Shown in pieces: positions 59,770 through 64,000 of a stretch of 64,000 nt of DNA (position 1 is its first letter; the number at the start of each line of letters is the position of its first letter). The translations under genes and the position numbers were made by a program. The stretch is from the NCBI GenBank assembly GCA_002189035.1, contig NEEC01000017.1:62001-126000 (forward strand), in the 5' to 3' direction. The notes beneath the pieces were generated by a model. The model was not told the origin of the DNA. It ran no database searches and saw nothing but the letters and a program-made list of their open reading frames with translations. Origin of the DNA: Utricularia gibba (taxonomy: Eukaryota; Plantae; Magnoliophyta).

Positions 59770-60525
59770 TATTGGACCCAGACCAAAGTCTAACCTTACA
59801 TTTCTCCGCCTTAAAGCCCAAATGTTGGAGGCTATAAAAGGACAAGCAAGTACGACCGTTAAGTCAATTTTTCTTCTTCACAGAACAATAGAGGAACACC
59901 TAGGGGGATCCTGGAGATTGTGGGTTTGTTTCCCATGTGCATTTCATCTAGGTGGCCCTGCGATTGGGTATTGCAGAAGGCGAGAAGAAGACTCTCGAAG
60001 AGGAATCAAGCAATTATTACTGATTTTCTTGTTTCCCGATTCATGGGGGGAAGCTTGACCGATGGAGCCTTATTCTTGTGGAACTATTCTTGCTCCTGTA
60101 TCTAAACTCGAGTAATAGTGGAGAGAGACTTCAAATCTGGTGTGATCAGCACCTGCGGTTTTACCAATTGGGTTTCCACGTTAAAATCTTGTGCTGTTCC
60201 TTTATTTTGATTGCAATAATCACATCAGTCGAAGGCTCTAAGTAATGAAACACCCAAAAAACTAGTATCAAAGCAGCGTTGCGGATTCTTGGAATACTTG
60301 TTGGTGCGGCAGCCTCAATCTGCCTGTGCTAATCAACCATTGTTCTCTCAAGAAACTGAAAATGGAAGAAACAGTTTCTATGACCAAACTGAACTCCTAA
60401 AACTATGCAATATGGAAGTCTACGATGAAAGCTCTCCTTGTGTGCAAGGACCTATGGAAACTTGTTGTACTAGGGAAAGCAAAGCCTGAAAAGTTTCATG
60501 TGGATGACTGGAATAAATTGCATAC
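59770..60525 (+). mobile_element. Ty1/copia 5' end: LTR (~59770-60260), degenerate PBS (ctagtatcaaagc ~60263-60275), gag N-terminus from 60362
   Basis: MEETVSMTKLNS*NYAIWKSTMKALLVCKDLWKLV..DDWNKLH; LTR boundaries approximate. Confidence 0.7.
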
Positions 60526-60555
60526 TTTTATATAAGTTTCCACATGAAACTTTTA

Positions 60556-62595
60556 GCACAAAAGAAGACATTTTAGCACCCTAAGCAACATTTAACCCTA
60601 TAAAACACACTTAAACACATATATAAAAACACAACAAAAACAGTGTTATCAAGTATGCTAGCAGGACCTCTTATTCTCATGTTCATCCAAGGTGGAGCAA
60701 CATCGGGCTATTCCCGTGCCTTCTTGCAAGAGAGTGTAAGCGAGGGTAGGCAATTCCTTACTCCTATAATCGAGTACTCAAGCTGGAAGAGTGAAGATGC
60801 AACGAACATAGCTGGACAGGATTCCAAACCCAAGAACATTTACTTTATTTAAGGTTCATCGCTTACGTTTATTTCAGTTGTCTGTTCAAAACCCTCTTAT
60901 TCCCTTACTCAAGCTTCATCACCAACGTTTCTCAAACCTTTTACCTTCAAAACCGTTTACAAATTGTGATAGTTGTATTCGAGGTGCCTCACCTTTCACT
61001 CAAATGCAACTCCCTGTGTTCGATACCCGTACTACGCTTTTGTGTTTTACGAGTTTTAAAAGTATTAAATTTTTTTGTGGAAACGACATGCATCAATAGT
61101 TGTTTTATATAATGTTCCTTCAAGCCACCCCTCACCAACTATGGTAGATCCTTTCAACAATTTCCAACATCCATCAGAGAAGGTGCTGTTGTAACCAGTT
61201 TTGTCCAAGTTATTCACAGACATGAGGTTCATATGTATGTCAAGTACATGTCTTACAATTTCCAACAAAAGGTTATAGCCTCTGTTCATCCTTAGCAGCA
61301 GTTCTCCCAGGCCTAAAATTTTAGCTTATGTGTAGTTCCTCATTTTTACTACTCCAAGGTTTCCTTTTCGGTAATTTATTAGGTGATCCTTTGAAGGAGT
61401 GGCATCATAGCTTGCTGCCGAATCTACGATCCATAGTTCTTCATCAGGGGCATTGCCACTATCCGTAGTTAGCAACACCATCAATTTCTCTTTCTCCGAG
61501 TCCTGCTCAATCAAAGTCAAGAGTTCTTCTTCTACTTCAATAGTGCAGACATCATCCTCTGTTTTGCATTTATTTTTATTGCCTTCCTTTTCAGGTTGAA
61601 GTGTGTGCAGCTAGTATCTACATTCTTTCTTGAGATGTCCTGATTTTTTGCAATAAAAACAACATCTAGTCTCTTTTTGCCCATCTCCTTTTGAATCTGT
61701 GGATCATTCCTTGTGGTTTTGGCCACTTTGTTTTTGTTCCTTCTTATATATGTTGTGACTCTTTTTTCTGAAGTTCCCTTTATGTTCTGTAACTGCAAAA
61801 GTCCTTTTTGAGTGTGATCCATTAGAGAGGCACCAATCTTCTTCTTGCAACAGAGCATTAGCTACTCTTTCAAATTCTAGTTTATCCATGACATTGTTGC
61901 TCAGAGTGATAACCATCGTTTCCCAACTGGAAGGTAGTGAGTCTTGCAATTTAATAGCTTGAGTTTCATCATCAAACGACATACCAGAAGCCAACATAAG
62001 ATCTGCAATCTCTTGGAAGTTACTGAGATGTTCAGCCATGGAGCCTCCATCCTTAAACTTTAGGTTGGAAAGCCTTTTATCCATCATCATTTTATTTTGG
62101 GGATTGCTTGGTTGATAGATTTCTTCCAATTTATTCCAGAGTTGTTGAGCGTCTTCCAATCTGGAAATCCGATGTTGAATTGTCCTACATGCAACAAGAT
62201 GTAGTTTTATTCCAGTCATCCACATTATATAAAACAACTATTGATGCATGTCGTTTCCACAAAAAAATTTAATAAGGAGTAAATTTAAGCGATGAACCTT
62301 AAATAAAGTAAATGTTCTTGGGTTTGGAATCCTGTCCAGCTATGTTCGTTGCATCTTCACTCTTCCAGCTTGAGTACTCGATTATAGGAGTAAGGAATTG
62401 CCTACCCTCGCTTACACTCTCTTGCAAGAAGGCACGGGAATAGCCCGATGTTGCTCCACCTTGGATGAACATGAGAATAAGAGGTCCTGCTAGCATACTT
62501 GATAACACTGTTTTTGTTGTGTTTTTATATATGTGTTTAAGTGTGTTTTATAGGGTTAAATGTTGCTTAGGGTGCTAAAATGTCTTCTTTTGTGC
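60556..62595. repeat. Identical inverted repeats: 60556-60865 / 62286-62595 (310 bp) and 61063-61115 / 62222-62274 (53 bp)
   Basis: Reverse-complement identity read directly; it produces the identical 69-aa ORFs at 60643(+) and 62508(-). Confidence 0.93.
61096..62225 (-). pseudogene. Inverted continuation of the same copia gag-protease
   Basis: DAQQLWNKLEEIY..LSNLKFKDGGSMAEHLSNF..LQDSLPSSWET, WIVDSAAS, VRHVLDIHMNLMSV, GTLYKT; shares a 20-bp overlap (atgtggatgactggaataaa) with 60498-60517. Confidence 0.85.
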
Positions 62596-63637
62596 ATTCA
62601 GTCTGTTAAAATGTGTTTATTGTGAAAATAGGCTCAATTGGCAACAATTGAGCCGAAGATTCTAATATTTCGTCTAGTCTGTGTTTTAAGTCTTACCAGG
62701 GTAAGAGCTAGTGCTGCAGCAACGTACTTTCCGCGTTGAGAAGTCAAAAAGGGACAGAAAATCTGTGCAAAAGCCACTTTCCACCGAAAGTAGCCACCCT
62801 TTTGAAGAGATAAGATATGGACCAGAGATCTCCCTTCTAGAGGACTGAGGAAAGGACAATGCTACCCTTAATTTTGAGCTGCAAAAGGGAAAAGGAAGGG
62901 AGAGAAGAACAGAAGTACATTGTGCACGCAGAGTGCACTGACATCAAACAGGAGCAAGCGGGAGTGAGGAGAACGTTGTTTCTCCGGCGCAAGTCTCTGG
63001 CGACCTCCAGATCTGCGTGTCTACACCACCGTTCCGGCCAGAACTTCAATTTCCAACAGATCTCCAGCCCACAGAAGCATCCTGCAACTTTCATTTATAG
63101 ATTTCTGCACTCCCTTTTCTACGTGAACTTGAAACTGTTATTGCTGTCGTTTTTATGCTTTCTGATGCTTTTCGGTACCTTGCTGTGAACTGGAAACTCG
63201 TTGTAGACCTTGCCTTAGTTTCTAAACATGTTTCTGTTTAAGCTTTCCATGTTTGCCTTTAAGTTTCACGCGCTTTTACTGTTCCTGCGAACCATGCTCT
63301 GTTTCTGCAAACTATTACTCTGTTTTCAAGCGTTCCAAGTTGGGTTTAAGCCTAAGGGCTGTGTTGAGTGACACACGAGCTAAACCCTGGTGTAAAACCC
63401 AGCCAAATTACTTTTATTTTATGTTTTATGCACCTTCACGTTAATTTCAGTCCCTCTTCATCCCTGCAACTCGTTTATTCCAGTAACTGTTATTTTACGT
63501 CTTACCCGCATTAGACTTAAATCCCAAGAAACCCCCCCTGCTTCTGTAAATGTGTTAATCTTCACAAAAATGCAACCATTCCTTGTGGATTCTACCCTTG
63601 CTTGCCACGCTACATTAATTCTTATGATTTGTGTAGT
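62500..63637 (+). mobile_element. Athila-like LTR family E inserted into a family D LTR; 3' end interrupted
   Basis: Starts TGATAACACTG; ends with the typical gtggattctaccctt..tac region just before the C insertion. Confidence 0.7.
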
Positions 63638-64000
63638 TGATAACACATATTTTTAAGTGATTGAGTGCATGGAAAAGATTCATATTGTGCTACAAAAATT
63701 TAGTTTTACTACCTAATTTTATATTTTTGCGCATAAGTACCGCAATTGTGTTATTTTAGTCTTAGTTGGGACTAAATCTACGATTTAGTCTCAACCTTCT
63801 AATAGTTTTACTCGAGCAATGCAGTGCAGGTTGCAACACGAATCCCAAGGAGCCGAATATGCACAGTTTAGTGGCAGAAGATGAGTCCAAATGTCTGAAA
63901 AGTGGTACACACAAAATCCAAGGAGGAAAAAGGAAGATTTTGGACAAAAAGGGAGGAAAGGTGGAGAGAGAAGCAGATCTCCCTTTGGAGACTCAAGACA
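63638..64000 (+). mobile_element. Family C LTR, 5' part; runs off the window
   Basis: TGATAACACATATTTTT start; reverse complement of 52620-52982 and 20900-21248. Confidence 0.88.

Noticed and set aside
60643-62508. Two identical 69-aa ORFs as a duplicated gene (related ORF at 43131-43562)
   Set aside because: Chance ORFs in family D LTR sequence copied by the inverted duplication.

Overview
Eudicot plant genomic DNA with two gene islands in a sea of nested transposons. Island 1 (0.2-5.2 kb) holds an ELF1/ELOF1 elongation-factor gene, a single-exon receptor-like cytoplasmic kinase and a REX4/REXO4 exonuclease. Island 2 (25.2-31.9 kb) holds two tandem NCL-type Na+/Ca2+ exchanger-like EF-hand genes and plastid ribosomal protein S6. 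The rest is Ty3/gypsy (Athila-like, Reina-like chromovirus, CRM-like fragments, several solo/partial LTRs), Ty1/copia (Angela-like LTRs, gag/integrase fragments), a MULE transposase and several PIF/Harbinger elements, all degenerate. LTR family labels A-E are my own working names. Most notable: (1) the 10-bp palindrome CTTGCGCAAG occurs 10 times exactly, plus many CpG-decayed variants, across one 9.7-kb Athila element including inside pol, and that element also has a ~265-aa disordered Gag N-terminal extension; (2) three Harbinger-family elements stacked at one TTA site in a MULE gene; (3) an array of palindromic repeats between the convergent Harbinger ORFs; (4) an NCL-like gene with a duplicated phase-0 EF-hand exon pair whose frameshift could be bypassed by skipping; (5) a 1.7-kb inversion with identical 310-bp inverted duplications and templated-junction scars. 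All calls were made by eye with no database searches.
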